Shown in pieces: positions 17,452 through 26,981 of a DNA stretch of 64,000 nucleotides; the stretch's first letter is position 1; each line of letters begins with the position of its first letter. The notes beneath the pieces were generated by a model. It was not told the origin of the DNA. It searched no databases and saw only the letters and a list, made by a program, of their open reading frames with translations. The stretch spans positions 21 to 64,020 of the forward strand of contig JBKDXM010000051.1 in assembly GCA_046306335.1 (NCBI GenBank), written 5' to 3'. Position numbers and translations under genes: made by a program. The DNA comes from Planctomycetota bacterium. GTDB lineage: Bacteria > Planctomycetota > UBA1135 > UBA2386.

Positions 17452-18333
17452 ATGCACCGCGACACCGAAGCCGATCCGCCGCCACTGCCGACCGCGGCCG
17501 AACTGGCGGCCGTCGTCGACCTGCTCGCCGACGGGCAGGCCGTCGTCGCCGCGGCGGCGCGGGCGCGCGTGCTGCGTTGGGGCGACCACGCCCTGCCGGC
17601 GGTCCGCGCGGCGGCGGAGGCCGGTGACGCGCGCTTGCGGGCGCGCTGCCGTTCGCTGTTGCGCTCGCTCGAAGTGCGCGATTGCCTCGTGCGCCTGAGC
17701 CGTCTGCGGCTCGTCGCCGCCGGCCGCGGTTCGCCGACCACGCTGCTCGTCGGCGCCGCGCTGCTCAGCCGCATGGCCCGCACCTTCGTGCCGACGGACG
17801 GCGAACTGATCGCCGGGTTGCACGAGCATGCGCGCGCGGTCGCCGCCCGCGCCGAGGGCCGCAGCCTGCCGTACGCCGCGCGCGCGTTGGCGGAGCGGTT
17901 GCACGGCGACGCCGGCTGGCGCGGCGGCCTCGGCGGCGCGGCGCCGGTCGAGCAGGTCGCCGTCGACGGCGTCCTCGCCACCGGCGAGGGCGCGCCGGTC
18001 GCGCTGTCGCTGCTCTACCTCGTCGTGGCGCGCTGGGCCGGCTTCTCGGCTGCCGGCGTGGCGATGCCGGGCCACTTCCTCGTCCGGCTGCACGGCGTTC
18101 GGCCGGTGCTCGTCGACCCGTTCCACGGCGGCCGCGTCGTGACCAAGCTCGATTGCATGCGCTTGCTGCGCCGCGCCGGCCATCGGCCCGTTGCGCCGCT
18201 GGTGCGCGACCTCGGCGATCGACCGGTGCTGCGCGCCTACCTCGATTGCCTGCGGGCCGCGGTCGCGCAGCGACCGCTCGAACATGCGGCGCAGGCGCTC
18301 GAACACGCGGCGGCGCTGCTCGCCGGCGCGTGA
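17452..18333 (+). CDS. Transglutaminase-like / SirB1 (UPF0162) family protein
   Basis: ATG 17452. PVALSLLYLVVARWAGFSAAGVAMPGHFLVRL...VLVDPFHGGRVV resembles the UPF0162 core. Confidence 0.55.
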   Translation: MHRDTEADPPPLPTAAELAAVVDLLADGQAVVAAAARARVLRWGDHALPAVRAAAEAGDARLRARCRSLLRSLEVRDCLVRLSRLRLVAAGRGSPTTLLVGAALLSRMARTFVPTDGELIAGLHEHARAVAARAEGRSLPYAARALAERLHGDAGWRGGLGGAAPVEQVAVDGVLATGEGAPVALSLLYLVVARWAGFSAAGVAMPGHFLVRLHGVRPVLVDPFHGGRVVTKLDCMRLLRRAGHRPVAPLVRDLGDRPVLRAYLDCLRAAVAQRPLEHAAQALEHAAALLAGA

Positions 18334-18349
18334 GCCCCGCGGCGGCCGG

Positions 18350-18982
18350 TCACCGTGGCAGCAGGTCTAGCACCGCGCGCAGCAGCGGCGACAGCGCCTC
18401 GTCCAGGAACATCGACGCGAGCACGAACACGACGACGAAGCTGTACGGGATCGCCGCGAAGGCATCGAGCCAGCGGCCGCTCCGCGGCCAAAGGCCGCGC
18501 ACGACGCCGGCGCCATCCAGCGGCGGCAGCGGGATGAAGTTGAACAACGCCAGCAGCAGGTTGAGGTACAGGAACTCGTAGGCCATCCGCTGCAGCGCCG
18601 TCGCCGTCGCGAAGCTGCGCGGCAAGCCGACTGCCGCCAGCACCGCGAACGCGGTCGCCGCGAGCAGCAGGTTGCCGATCGGCCCGGCGGCCGACATCAG
18701 CGCGGCCTTGCGCGGATTGCGCGCCGCCCAGACCGGGTCGTACGGCGCGTGCGCGAAGCCGATGCACGACGTGCCGTTGCTCGCCATCAGGCTGACGAGC
18801 GGCAGCACGAGCATGCCGAACGGCTCGCGCCGGATGTGCGGCACGGGGTTGAGGGTGACCTGCCCGGTGCGGTAGGCGGTGAGGTCGCCGGCGAGCATCG
18901 CCACCCAGGCGTGCATGGCCTCGTGCAGCGTCAGGCTGACGATCAGCGCGCCGAACGTGAGGACGACCTGATCCCAGTTCAT
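18350..18982 (-). CDS. Site-2 protease family (M50) membrane metalloprotease
   Basis: HEAMH zinc motif in the first TM, a downstream NLLLALFNFIPLPPLDG motif, and multiple TM segments. Confidence 0.8.
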   Translation of the reverse strand: MNWDQVVLTFGALIVSLTLHEAMHAWVAMLAGDLTAYRTGQVTLNPVPHIRREPFGMLVLPLVSLMASNGTSCIGFAHAPYDPVWAARNPRKAALMSAAGPIGNLLLAATAFAVLAAVGLPRSFATATALQRMAYEFLYLNLLLALFNFIPLPPLDGAGVVRGLWPRSGRWLDAFAAIPYSFVVVFVLASMFLDEALSPLLRAVLDLLPR

Positions 18983-19260
18983 GCGTCGTCGCCGCCGGCG
19001 TCGTCGTCGCGACCGTTGTCGTCCTTGCCGGGGCCCTCCAGTGCGGCGGCGATCTCGGCGGTGACCTTCCGTACCTTGGTCTCGGTCGCCGCGAGCCGTT
19101 GCCGGCAGATCGTCAGCAGCGCCGCGGCGCGCTCGACCTTCTCGGCGAGCACGTCGAGGTCGGCGTCGCCGCTCTCGATGTCGGCGAGGATCTGCTCGAG
19201 TTCGGTGGTGGCGGCGGCGTAGGTCGGCTGCTCACCCTTGTTCGGCTTGCTGCTGCTCAT
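18979..19260 (-). CDS. xseB: Exodeoxyribonuclease VII small subunit
   Basis: ATG at 19260. TYAAATTELEQILADIESGDADLDVLAEKVERAAALLTICRQRL matches the XseB helix-hairpin. Overlaps the xseA stop and the M50 start by 4 nt each. Confidence 0.85.
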   Translation of the reverse strand: MSSSKPNKGEQPTYAAATTELEQILADIESGDADLDVLAEKVERAAALLTICRQRLAATETKVRKVTAEIAAALEGPGKDDNGRDDDAGGDDA

Positions 19261-20954
19261 GGTCGTTCTTCCTGGGCGTCGACGTCGTCCACGCGGGCGC
19301 GGGCGCGGCCGTCGCGGAATTGCACCTGGATCTGCTGGCCGGGGCGCACGCGGGCTGCCGCGGGCAGCACCGCGCCGGCGGCGTCGCGCACCAGCGCGAA
19401 GCCGCGGGCCAGCACGGCGCGCGGATCGAGCAGGCGCAGGCGCATGGCCTGCTGCTCGAGACGCGCGGTGCCGCGGTCGAGCGCGCGCGTCGCGCCGGTC
19501 GTCGCCCGCACGCCGGCGGCGCGCAGGTCGGATGCCTGCCGCTGCAGTCGCAGTGCCGTCGCCGCGACGATCTGCCGCCCGGTCGCCGTCAGTTCGGCGC
19601 GCGATCGGTGCAGTCGCTCGGCGACGAGCCGCTGCAGGTCGCGGCCGCCGCGGGCGAGTTCCTCGCGGGCCGCCGCGACGCGATCGGCGACCGCGGCGAG
19701 CAGCCGCTGGCCGCGGTCGCGCACGTCGGCGCGGGCGTTCTCGACGCCCTGCACGAGCCACTGCGCGACCGCCGTCGGGGTCTTCTCGGAGTGGGCGATC
19801 ACGTCGAGCACCGACTGGTCGCGTTGGTGGCCGATGCCGACCAGGATCTTGAGCGGATGGCGGGCCACCGCGAAGGCCACCTCGCGGTCGTCGAACCACG
19901 CGAGGTCGGTGCGCGAGCCGCCGCCGCGCACGATGCACAGCACGTCGAAGTCGTCGGCGCGCTCGGCGAACCAGCGCAGGCCGGCGAGCATCTTCGGCCG
20001 CAACTCGGCGCCCTGCACCTTGACCGGCACGAGCGTGACCTCGAAGCCGCAGCCGGACTCCTGCAGGTGGCGCAGGAAGTCGTTCCAGCCGTCGGCGTCC
20101 GGGCTCGTCAGCACGCCGATGCGCAGCGCCGGCGTCGGCGCGCCGAGCATGCGGTTGCGCTGCAGCAGGCCCTTGTCGGCGAGTTCGCGCAGCACCTGCT
20201 CGCGCGACAGCGCCAGCTTGCCGAGCGTGAAGCTCGGGTCGATGTCCTGCACGATCAGCTGGAAGCGCCCCGATTGCGGGTAGAAGTCGACCTTGGCCTG
20301 CGCGCGGATCTCCAGGCCGTCGCGCAGCGTCAGCGGCGGCTCGTGGCGTTGCAGCGCCGTCAGCAGCCGTTCGGCGACGCCCGCGAACAGGGCCACCTCG
20401 ACCGTCGCGACCACGCTGCCTTCGCCGGCGGCCTTCTCGACCAGCTTGAAGAACCGGTGCGGGCGGCCGGAGCTCTTGTCGAAGTCGACGACCTCGCCGA
20501 CGACCCACAGCGACTCGGGGAACAGCTGCCGCAGGCCGTCGCGCACGCGTTCGTTGAGTTCGCGCACGGTCAGCGCCGGCGCGCCCGACGGCGCCTTCCC
20601 CGCCGCGTCGCCCACCGTCGCGGCGAGCGCGGCCGCCGGCGCTGCCGCGCCGGCGGCGTCCGTCGGCGCGGCCGGCGCGCCCGTGCGGCTGCGGCCGCCG
20701 CCGGTCGCGCGCGGCGTCGCGGGGCGCAGCGTGCCGGCGAGCAGCGACGACACTTCGGGCGCGAACTCGAACAGGTGGCGCGTCAGGACCGCGTAGACCT
20801 TCTCGACCTGCGTCGCCGGCACCCGCCAGACCTTGTCCTTCGGGTCCCAACGACGACCGGGAATGTCCTTCACCGCGGCGACGAGGTCGGGCCGGTAGCC
20901 GAACCGGATGCACAGGTTCGCCCCGTCGCGATCCAGTTCGACGCTGCCGCTCAT
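19257..20954 (-). CDS. xseA: Exodeoxyribonuclease VII large subunit with an N-terminal extension of about 130 aa
   Basis: The canonical XseA core starts near LTVRELNERVRDGLRQLFPESLWVVGEVVDF (OB fold), followed by the catalytic and coiled-coil regions. Start is uncertain: ATG 20954 or GTG 20975. Confidence 0.85.
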   Translation of the reverse strand: MSGSVELDRDGANLCIRFGYRPDLVAAVKDIPGRRWDPKDKVWRVPATQVEKVYAVLTRHLFEFAPEVSSLLAGTLRPATPRATGGGRSRTGAPAAPTDAAGAAAPAAALAATVGDAAGKAPSGAPALTVRELNERVRDGLRQLFPESLWVVGEVVDFDKSSGRPHRFFKLVEKAAGEGSVVATVEVALFAGVAERLLTALQRHEPPLTLRDGLEIRAQAKVDFYPQSGRFQLIVQDIDPSFTLGKLALSREQVLRELADKGLLQRNRMLGAPTPALRIGVLTSPDADGWNDFLRHLQESGCGFEVTLVPVKVQGAELRPKMLAGLRWFAERADDFDVLCIVRGGGSRTDLAWFDDREVAFAVARHPLKILVGIGHQRDQSVLDVIAHSEKTPTAVAQWLVQGVENARADVRDRGQRLLAAVADRVAAAREELARGGRDLQRLVAERLHRSRAELTATGRQIVAATALRLQRQASDLRAAGVRATTGATRALDRGTARLEQQAMRLRLLDPRAVLARGFALVRDAAGAVLPAAARVRPGQQIQVQFRDGRARARVDDVDAQEERP

Positions 20955-20964
20955 CGTTCGCGGT

Positions 20965-21612
20965 TCATACCGCACCGTCCGGATCGACCAGCACGGAAAC
21001 CTCGGCCGCGGCGGCGGCGGCGGCGGCGGCCATGGCGATCGGTCGCCTGGCCGCCCGCGACAGGTCGGTCATCACGTCGGGCGCGAGGCCGCAGGGGCGC
21101 ACCGCGTGCCACGGCGCCAGGTCCATGGCGACGTTCACGCCGATGCCGTGCAGATTGACCCAGCCCTTCACGTGCACGCCGATCGAAGCGAACTTGCGGT
21201 CGCCGACGAAGACGCCGGTGCCGTCGACCGACGGCGTGGCGGCGAGGCCGAAACGGGCGGCGATGCGGACCCCGAAGCGTTCGAGCCGTCGCAGCCAGTC
21301 GCGCACGTCCCGCCGCGGCAGGCGCACGAGCGGATAGACGGTCAGTTGGCCGGGGCCGTGGTAGGTGATCTTGCCGCCGCGTTCGATCGGCACGATCCCT
21401 GGCCGCAGGTCGCCGGCCGGCGTCGCCCGTCCGGCGGTGTACACCGGCTCGTGTTCGACGAGCCACACGACGCCATCGGCTTCGCCGCGCTGCACGGCTG
21501 CGTGCCGGGCACGCATGCGTTCGAGCACGTCGCCGTACGCGGCGCGGCCGAGGTCGATCACCTCGACCCGCCGCGCGTCGGCGGCGGCGCGGGGCGGCGT
21601 CGGATCAGGCAA
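20965..21612 (-). CDS. lipB: Octanoyltransferase (lipoyl(octanoyl) transferase)
   Basis: Motifs WLVEHEPVYTAG, RGGKITYHGPGQL and KFASIGVHV. The track start at 21612 is TTG; an internal GTG (VEVIDLG) is an equally plausible start. Confidence 0.85.
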   Translation of the reverse strand: MPDPTPPRAAADARRVEVIDLGRAAYGDVLERMRARHAAVQRGEADGVVWLVEHEPVYTAGRATPAGDLRPGIVPIERGGKITYHGPGQLTVYPLVRLPRRDVRDWLRRLERFGVRIAARFGLAATPSVDGTGVFVGDRKFASIGVHVKGWVNLHGIGVNVAMDLAPWHAVRPCGLAPDVMTDLSRAARRPIAMAAAAAAAAAEVSVLVDPDGAV

Positions 21613-21925
21613 GCACGCGGTCGATCTGGCTCTTGATCGCCTGCATCGGCTGGTTGCCGAGGAAGCGGCCGACTTCCTTGCCGCCCTTGAAGAAGATGCA
21701 CGTCGGCACGCTCTGGATGCCGAACGAGGCGGCCGACTCCTGGGCGTTGTCGATGTCGACCTTGTAGACGGCGAGCTTGCCGTTGTACTCGGTCGCGACC
21801 TTGTCGATCGTCGGCGCGAGCGCCTTGCAGGGGCCGCACCAGGTGGCGGAGAAGTCGACGAGCACCGGCGTCTTCGCGCTCTGCACGGTGCTCTGGAAGT
21901 TGCTGTCGGTGAGTTCGGTGACCAT
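21605..21925 (-). CDS. trxA: Thioredoxin
   Basis: ATG at 21925. VLVDFSATWCGPCK active site; 106 aa. Confidence 0.9.
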   Translation of the reverse strand: MVTELTDSNFQSTVQSAKTPVLVDFSATWCGPCKALAPTIDKVATEYNGKLAVYKVDIDNAQESAASFGIQSVPTCIFFKGGKEVGRFLGNQPMQAIKSQIDRVLA

Positions 21926-22162
21926 GGAGTGGAGGGGCTGGCGCAATCGCGTCGGCGCGGATTCTGGCCGCTGCGAGGGATGGTGCAAGGACCGCTGTCG
22001 CGAGACGGCGATCGGGAGGTGCGACCGGACGGTCGGCCGCGACGGGCAGAAGACGAATGGCAGGCGGCGGCGCGGGTTCGGCGCCACGGTCCGCGCGTTC
22101 ACCCGGGGCTCGGCGAGGTCCTGGCGGACGACGTCGCCCCGGTGGCCGCACGGTGCCGGCGG

Positions 22163-22399
22163 TCAGCCCTGCCGGTTCATCGCCGCCAGCAGGCGATCGG
22201 TCGGGATGCCGTTCTGCGTCGCGACGGTTTCGATCGAGTCGTGCGGGTTGAAGCCGCAGTTGCGGCAGCCGCCGAGGTGGAAGTCGCGCATCAGCACCAT
22301 GCCGAGCGACGGGTCCGCCGTCAGGCACTCGAGCATCGTCGACTTGGTGGTGAAACGGGCCTGGGCGGCCGTCGGGGTCGTGTTCGTCGGGTTGTTCAT
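22163..22399 (-). CDS. DUF1858 / hybrid-cluster-protein-associated redox disulfide domain protein
   Basis: 78 aa. FHLGGCRNCGF motif and ...TIETVA...GI-type tail. Confidence 0.65.
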   Translation of the reverse strand: MNNPTNTTPTAAQARFTTKSTMLECLTADPSLGMVLMRDFHLGGCRNCGFNPHDSIETVATQNGIPTDRLLAAMNRQG

Positions 22400-22403
22400 G
22401 GGT

Positions 22404-23468
22404 TCACTCTGCGTTCAGGATGCTGATGCGTTGGGCGATCTTGCCGGCGATGTCGGTCATCGCCTTGGCGCTCGCCGAGGCGGGGGCCGCGACGACGATC
22501 GGGTTGCCGCCGTCGCCGCCTTCGCGGACGGCGATCTCGATCGGGATCTGGCCGAGCAGCGGCACGCCGAACTCGCGTTCGATCGCAGCGCCGCCGCCTT
22601 GGCCGAACAGATGGTATCGCTCGCTGCTGCCCGGTGGGCTGAACCAGGCCATGTTCTCGACCACGCCGAGGATCGGCACGTTGACGGTCTGGAACATGCG
22701 GATCGCCTTCTTCACGTCGAGGACCGAAACGTCCTGCGGCGTGGTGACGATCACGGCGCCCATCAGGTGGGCCTGCTGGCTCAGCGACAACTGCGCGTCG
22801 CCGGTCCCCGGCGGCAGGTCGACGACGAGGTAGTCGAGGTCGTGCCACGCCACGTCGAAGAGGAACTGGCGCACGGCGCTGTGCAGCATCGGGCCGCGCC
22901 AGATCACCGGCTGGTCCTCGGCGACCAGCAGGGCCATCGACATGATCTGCAGGCCGTGGCGCTCGAACGGCACGATCTTCTTGTCGACGACGGCGGGCTG
23001 GCCGCGGACGCCGAGCATCAGCGGCACGTTCGGGCCGTAGACGTCGGCGTCGAGGATGCCCACCCGGGCGCCGGTCTGCCGCAGGGCGCACGCCAGATTG
23101 ACGGCGACGGTGGACTTGCCGACACCGCCCTTGCCCGATGACACCGCGACGACGTTCTTGACGCCGGGGATGACGCCCTTGTTGCCCAGCACGGGCCGGC
23201 TGGCCGTGACCCGGGCGGTCATCTCGATCGCCACGCCGGCGACGCCGGGCAAAGCCCGGACGGCCCGTTCGGCCTGCGCCTTCATCAGGTCCTTCACCGG
23301 GCAGGCGGGCGTGGTCAGCTCGATCTGGAAGGCCACCTGGTCGCCGCAGACGCGCAGGTCCTTGATGAACCCGAGCGTGACGATGTCCTGGTGCAGGTCC
23401 GGGTCTTGGACGGCGCGCAGGGCGTCGAGGACGGCGGCTTCGGTCGGCGAGGCAGTCGGAACAGGCAT
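22404..23468 (-). CDS. apbC: Iron-sulfur cluster carrier ATPase (Mrp/ApbC/NBP35) with N-terminal DUF59
   Basis: ATG at 23468. DUF59 part: VLDALRAVQDPDLHQDIVTLGFI. Deviant Walker A: SGKGGVGKST. Also DLPPGTGD. Confidence 0.9.
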   Translation of the reverse strand: MPVPTASPTEAAVLDALRAVQDPDLHQDIVTLGFIKDLRVCGDQVAFQIELTTPACPVKDLMKAQAERAVRALPGVAGVAIEMTARVTASRPVLGNKGVIPGVKNVVAVSSGKGGVGKSTVAVNLACALRQTGARVGILDADVYGPNVPLMLGVRGQPAVVDKKIVPFERHGLQIMSMALLVAEDQPVIWRGPMLHSAVRQFLFDVAWHDLDYLVVDLPPGTGDAQLSLSQQAHLMGAVIVTTPQDVSVLDVKKAIRMFQTVNVPILGVVENMAWFSPPGSSERYHLFGQGGGAAIEREFGVPLLGQIPIEIAVREGGDGGNPIVVAAPASASAKAMTDIAGKIAQRISILNAE

Positions 23469-23636
23469 GCGGGGGGACCTGACTAGCCACAAAATGGGGC
23501 CCTTTCAAGGCAGGAAGTCGGCGGCGGTGCCCCAGACCGGGAAGAAGCGGCAGTCCGCCGCGTCTGAGTCCCCGCGCCGCCAGCTAGGATTGCGGCGCTG
23601 CGTCCCGACGCCCTCCCTGTCCCACACCACCCTGCC

Positions 23637-24557
23637 ATGTTGTTGCTCCGCACGTGCGCTGCCGCCGCCATCCTGGCGGTGCTGATCCCTGCCCAGGTCG
23701 AAGAGGTCGGCGGCGAGTCCGATGTCCGCGGCGCGGAAATCGAGCGCCGCATGAAGGAGGGCAAAGGCCAGCGGGGGGAAGGCGAGAAGGAGAACGAGGA
23801 GAACCTGACGCCGGAGCAGCGGTTGGCTCGCAACGTGACCAGTGGCGCGGGGGCGTATTGCCGCTTCCAGGCCTCGCTGGTGCCGGCGAAGTTGCTGCCT
23901 GGGCAGTCGGGCATGCTGAAGGTGCTGGCGACCCTGCAGGGCAACGCCGTGATCCCGGCACCAGCGCCGATGGAGATGGTCGGGCTGATGCAGCAAGGCA
24001 GCGTGGTCCTCGGCCCGCTGTCGCCGTTGCCGGCCGAGCCGGGCCGGCTGGCCGCCGCGTACCTCGGCCGACCGGTCTACGACAACTACGCGATCTTCGA
24101 CGTGCCGGTGACGATGGCCGCCGACGCACCGCTCGGCAGCAAGCACGTCGCGGCGGTCGACATGCGCTTCGATCTCTACGACGGCAACACGGCGCAACCG
24201 ATCGGCCGCTTCGTCGACCGGGTTTCGCTCACCATCGAAGTCGGGGCCGTGCCGGATCCGCAGGTGCGCGGTCTGGCCGCGCCCGACGCGGCACCCGCTG
24301 CCGTCGCGCCCGCCGCCGCGCCGCCCGCTGCCGCGCCGTCTGTCGGCGCGGCGGGTGGCGCCGCCAATCTGCCAGTCGACGGCCAGGTGCGGACGCCCGA
24401 GCCGGCGACCACCGCGCCGGCGGCGGCGGTCGAGGCGCCCGCTGGCGACGGCCCCGTGCCGTCGGCGGACGGAGCCGAGGGCGTGCCCATGCCGCTGCTG
24501 CTGGGCGGTGGCGTCGCCCTGGCCGTGCTCGGCATCCTGCTGCTCCGTCGCAAGTAG
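23637..24557 (+). CDS. Hypothetical secreted protein with a C-terminal TM/basic anchor
   Basis: Signal peptide MLLLRTCAAAAILAVLIPAQ, an acidic/Lys-rich linker, a globular middle and an Ala/Pro linker. The tail is GVPMPLLLGGGVALAVLGILLLRRK-TAG. Confidence 0.5.
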   Translation: MLLLRTCAAAAILAVLIPAQVEEVGGESDVRGAEIERRMKEGKGQRGEGEKENEENLTPEQRLARNVTSGAGAYCRFQASLVPAKLLPGQSGMLKVLATLQGNAVIPAPAPMEMVGLMQQGSVVLGPLSPLPAEPGRLAAAYLGRPVYDNYAIFDVPVTMAADAPLGSKHVAAVDMRFDLYDGNTAQPIGRFVDRVSLTIEVGAVPDPQVRGLAAPDAAPAAVAPAAAPPAAAPSVGAAGGAANLPVDGQVRTPEPATTAPAAAVEAPAGDGPVPSADGAEGVPMPLLLGGGVALAVLGILLLRRK

Positions 24558-24699
24558 GGATTCCAGCCGCAGTCGGGGAGTACGGCACGGCACTTGTTCG
24601 TGTCGGTCGCGTTCGCGGCGAATGGGCGTCCGGTCAGTCCGATCGGATGGCTGCATCCGCCGCACAGGAGAGGTCGAACGCGCCCCTCAAGGTGCCGCC

Positions 24700-25908
24700 A
24701 TGGTGCTCGCCAAACTGCTCGCTGCCGTAACCCCCGCGCGGCTGCAACCCGGTCAGAAGGTCCAGGTTGCGGTCCTCGATACCATGCTCGACGTGGCCAC
24801 GGATTGCTTCGCGGCGACGACTGCCCAGTGGGCGGCCGCCTTCCGGCGGGCGAAGGCGACGATCGACCTCGACGCCTACCGCGCCGACCGGCAGGAGGGT
24901 GCCAAGACGGCAGGCCTGCCAGAAATGCCGGATGTCCGCGAGGCGATGTACCAGCACGACCTCCGGCGCGTGGCGGCGATGGATCGGGCCGAGGAGTTCC
25001 GCATGGCCCGCCGCCACGAGTTCCTGGCGGCGATCGTGCGCGACGGCTTCGTGCGCACCGGCATGCCCAAGGCCGAAGTCGACGCGTTGCTCAAGCAGCC
25101 GGCCCGCGATGTCCTCGCCGCCGCTGCAGCTCGCCCGTCCGTCCGCGGCCTCGACGCCGCCTGGTTCGTGACCATGGTCGGCCAGTTCGAGGAACTGCGC
25201 CAGATCTACGTCGAGGGCGCGCTGTACCTCGTGCTCACCACGGTCAATCGCTACCGCGGGCTCGGCGTCGACACCGCCGACCTCGTGCAGGAGGGCAACG
25301 CCTCGCTGTTCCAGGCGATCGACGGCTTCGATTGGCGCCGCGACGTCCGATTCCGCACCTACGCCCAGTTCTGGGTGCACCAGGCGGTGCTGAAGATGCT
25401 CTACAACAGCTCGCGCACCGTGCGCGTGCCGATCTGGGTGCAGAAGGTGCTCGGCAAGATCCGGCGCGCGCAGGAAGAAGGCAGCCGCATGGGGCGGTCC
25501 TTCACGCCGGCCGAGATCGCCGAACGCATCGGCGTGCCCGTGAGCAAGGTCGAATGGGTGCTCGCCACGCGCCGCTACGCCGTGAGCCTCGATGCCGAGC
25601 AGCCCGGCGAGCAGGGCGGTTCGCTGGCCAGCCGGCTGCCGGACGAGAACGCCGTGCCGGTTCCGGAGTCGGTGCCCGTCGGCGACCTCGGCAAGGCCCT
25701 CGCCGGCGTGATGGCGGACCTGCCCGAGCGGGAGCAGCGCATCCTGTCGCGGCGGTTCGGCCTCGACGGTGGCGAACCGCAGACGCTCGGCGAGATCGCC
25801 ATCGACCTCGGCATCACGGCCGAGCGCGTGCGCCAGCTGCAGAACGCCGCCATCGGGCGCATCAAGCGGCCGGCGAAGCTGCGCCAGCTGCAGGCCTTCG
25901 TCGAGTGA
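24700..25908 (+). CDS. RNA polymerase sigma-70 family factor (regions 2-4) with an N-terminal extension of about 150 aa
   Basis: ATG 24700. Region 2: DLVQEGNASLFQAIDGFDWRRDVRFRTYAQFWVHQA. Region 3: TPAEIAERIGV. Region 4: LPEREQRILSRRFGL...TLGEIAIDLGITAERVRQLQ. Confidence 0.85.
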   Translation: MVLAKLLAAVTPARLQPGQKVQVAVLDTMLDVATDCFAATTAQWAAAFRRAKATIDLDAYRADRQEGAKTAGLPEMPDVREAMYQHDLRRVAAMDRAEEFRMARRHEFLAAIVRDGFVRTGMPKAEVDALLKQPARDVLAAAAARPSVRGLDAAWFVTMVGQFEELRQIYVEGALYLVLTTVNRYRGLGVDTADLVQEGNASLFQAIDGFDWRRDVRFRTYAQFWVHQAVLKMLYNSSRTVRVPIWVQKVLGKIRRAQEEGSRMGRSFTPAEIAERIGVPVSKVEWVLATRRYAVSLDAEQPGEQGGSLASRLPDENAVPVPESVPVGDLGKALAGVMADLPEREQRILSRRFGLDGGEPQTLGEIAIDLGITAERVRQLQNAAIGRIKRPAKLRQLQAFVE

Positions 25909-25944
25909 CCGCGCCGCGCGTCGGCGCCGTGGCCGCGCGGGCCT

Positions 25945-26868
25945 TCAGTCCGCGTCGCCGTCGGTCGTCCGCGGTGCGCGCTGCTGCGACTGCATGATCG
26001 GCAGCGTCTCGGCGAAGATCCGCGCGTAGACGTCGGGCCGGACGTCGCGCGCGATCGGCAGGATGCGGCGCATCGTGCGCACCTTGCGCGGCTCGACGAG
26101 GGCGACGATCGCGCCGGCATCGCCCGCGCCCGCGGCCAGCACGTCGCCGATCGGATCGACGATGCGGCCGTCGCCGGGGAAGGTCATCGGCTCGCCGTTG
26201 CGCTGGGACGGCTCCTGCCCCGTGCGGTTGCACCCGATCACGAAGCACTCGTTCTCGATCGCGCGGGCCCGCAGCAGCGTGCGCCAGTGCTGCGAGCGGG
26301 CTTCCGGCCATTGGCCCGGCACGGCGAGCAGTTCGACGCCGCGATGGAAGTAGTAGCGGGAGAGCTCGGGGAAGCGCAGGTCGTAGCAGATCAGCACGCC
26401 GACGCGGCCGAGCGACGTCTCGGCGACGCACGGCGCGGCGCCGGCGGCGTGGCGGCGGTGCTCGAGGTTGGGCGAGAAGAGGTGGATCTTGCGGTACGAA
26501 CCGCGCAGGTCGCCGCCGTCCCAAACGCGCGCGGTGTTGAAGGCCTCGCCGCCGACCACTTCGAGGTTGCTGCCGACGACCACGAGGCGGAGGCCGTGCG
26601 ACAGTTCGCGCAGTTCCGCCTCGGCCGCCTCCGCCTGTTGGACTACGTCGTCGTCGAACTGCGGCAGGAAGGACGTGGCCCAGAGTTCGGGCAGCACGCA
26701 GAACCGGGCGCCGGCGGCGGCCGCTTCCTCGATGCCGGCGCGCATCGCCGCGACGTTCGCGGGGACGTCGCCGGGGCGAACGTCGAACTGCACGCTGGCG
26801 GACTGGAAGTCGCGGTCGGCGGCGGTTGGCACGGACCGCACGATATCGGCGGTCGGCTGGCGCGCCAC
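25945..26868 (-). CDS. Carbon-nitrogen hydrolase (nitrilase superfamily)
   Basis: LPELW (catalytic Glu), YRKIHLF (Lys) and ICYDLRFPE (Cys) form the catalytic triad. Confidence 0.85.
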   Translation of the reverse strand: MARQPTADIVRSVPTAADRDFQSASVQFDVRPGDVPANVAAMRAGIEEAAAAGARFCVLPELWATSFLPQFDDDVVQQAEAAEAELRELSHGLRLVVVGSNLEVVGGEAFNTARVWDGGDLRGSYRKIHLFSPNLEHRRHAAGAAPCVAETSLGRVGVLICYDLRFPELSRYYFHRGVELLAVPGQWPEARSQHWRTLLRARAIENECFVIGCNRTGQEPSQRNGEPMTFPGDGRIVDPIGDVLAAGAGDAGAIVALVEPRKVRTMRRILPIARDVRPDVYARIFAETLPIMQSQQRAPRTTDGDAD

Positions 26869-26981
26869 TTGGCGGCGACGCCGCCGTCGCCGGGGCCCGC
26901 AAGCGACAGGGGAGGCGCAGCCCGCGGCAGCGCCTCCCCCGTGCTGGCGGCGCTCCGCGCGCCGCGTCCCGAACGACGACC

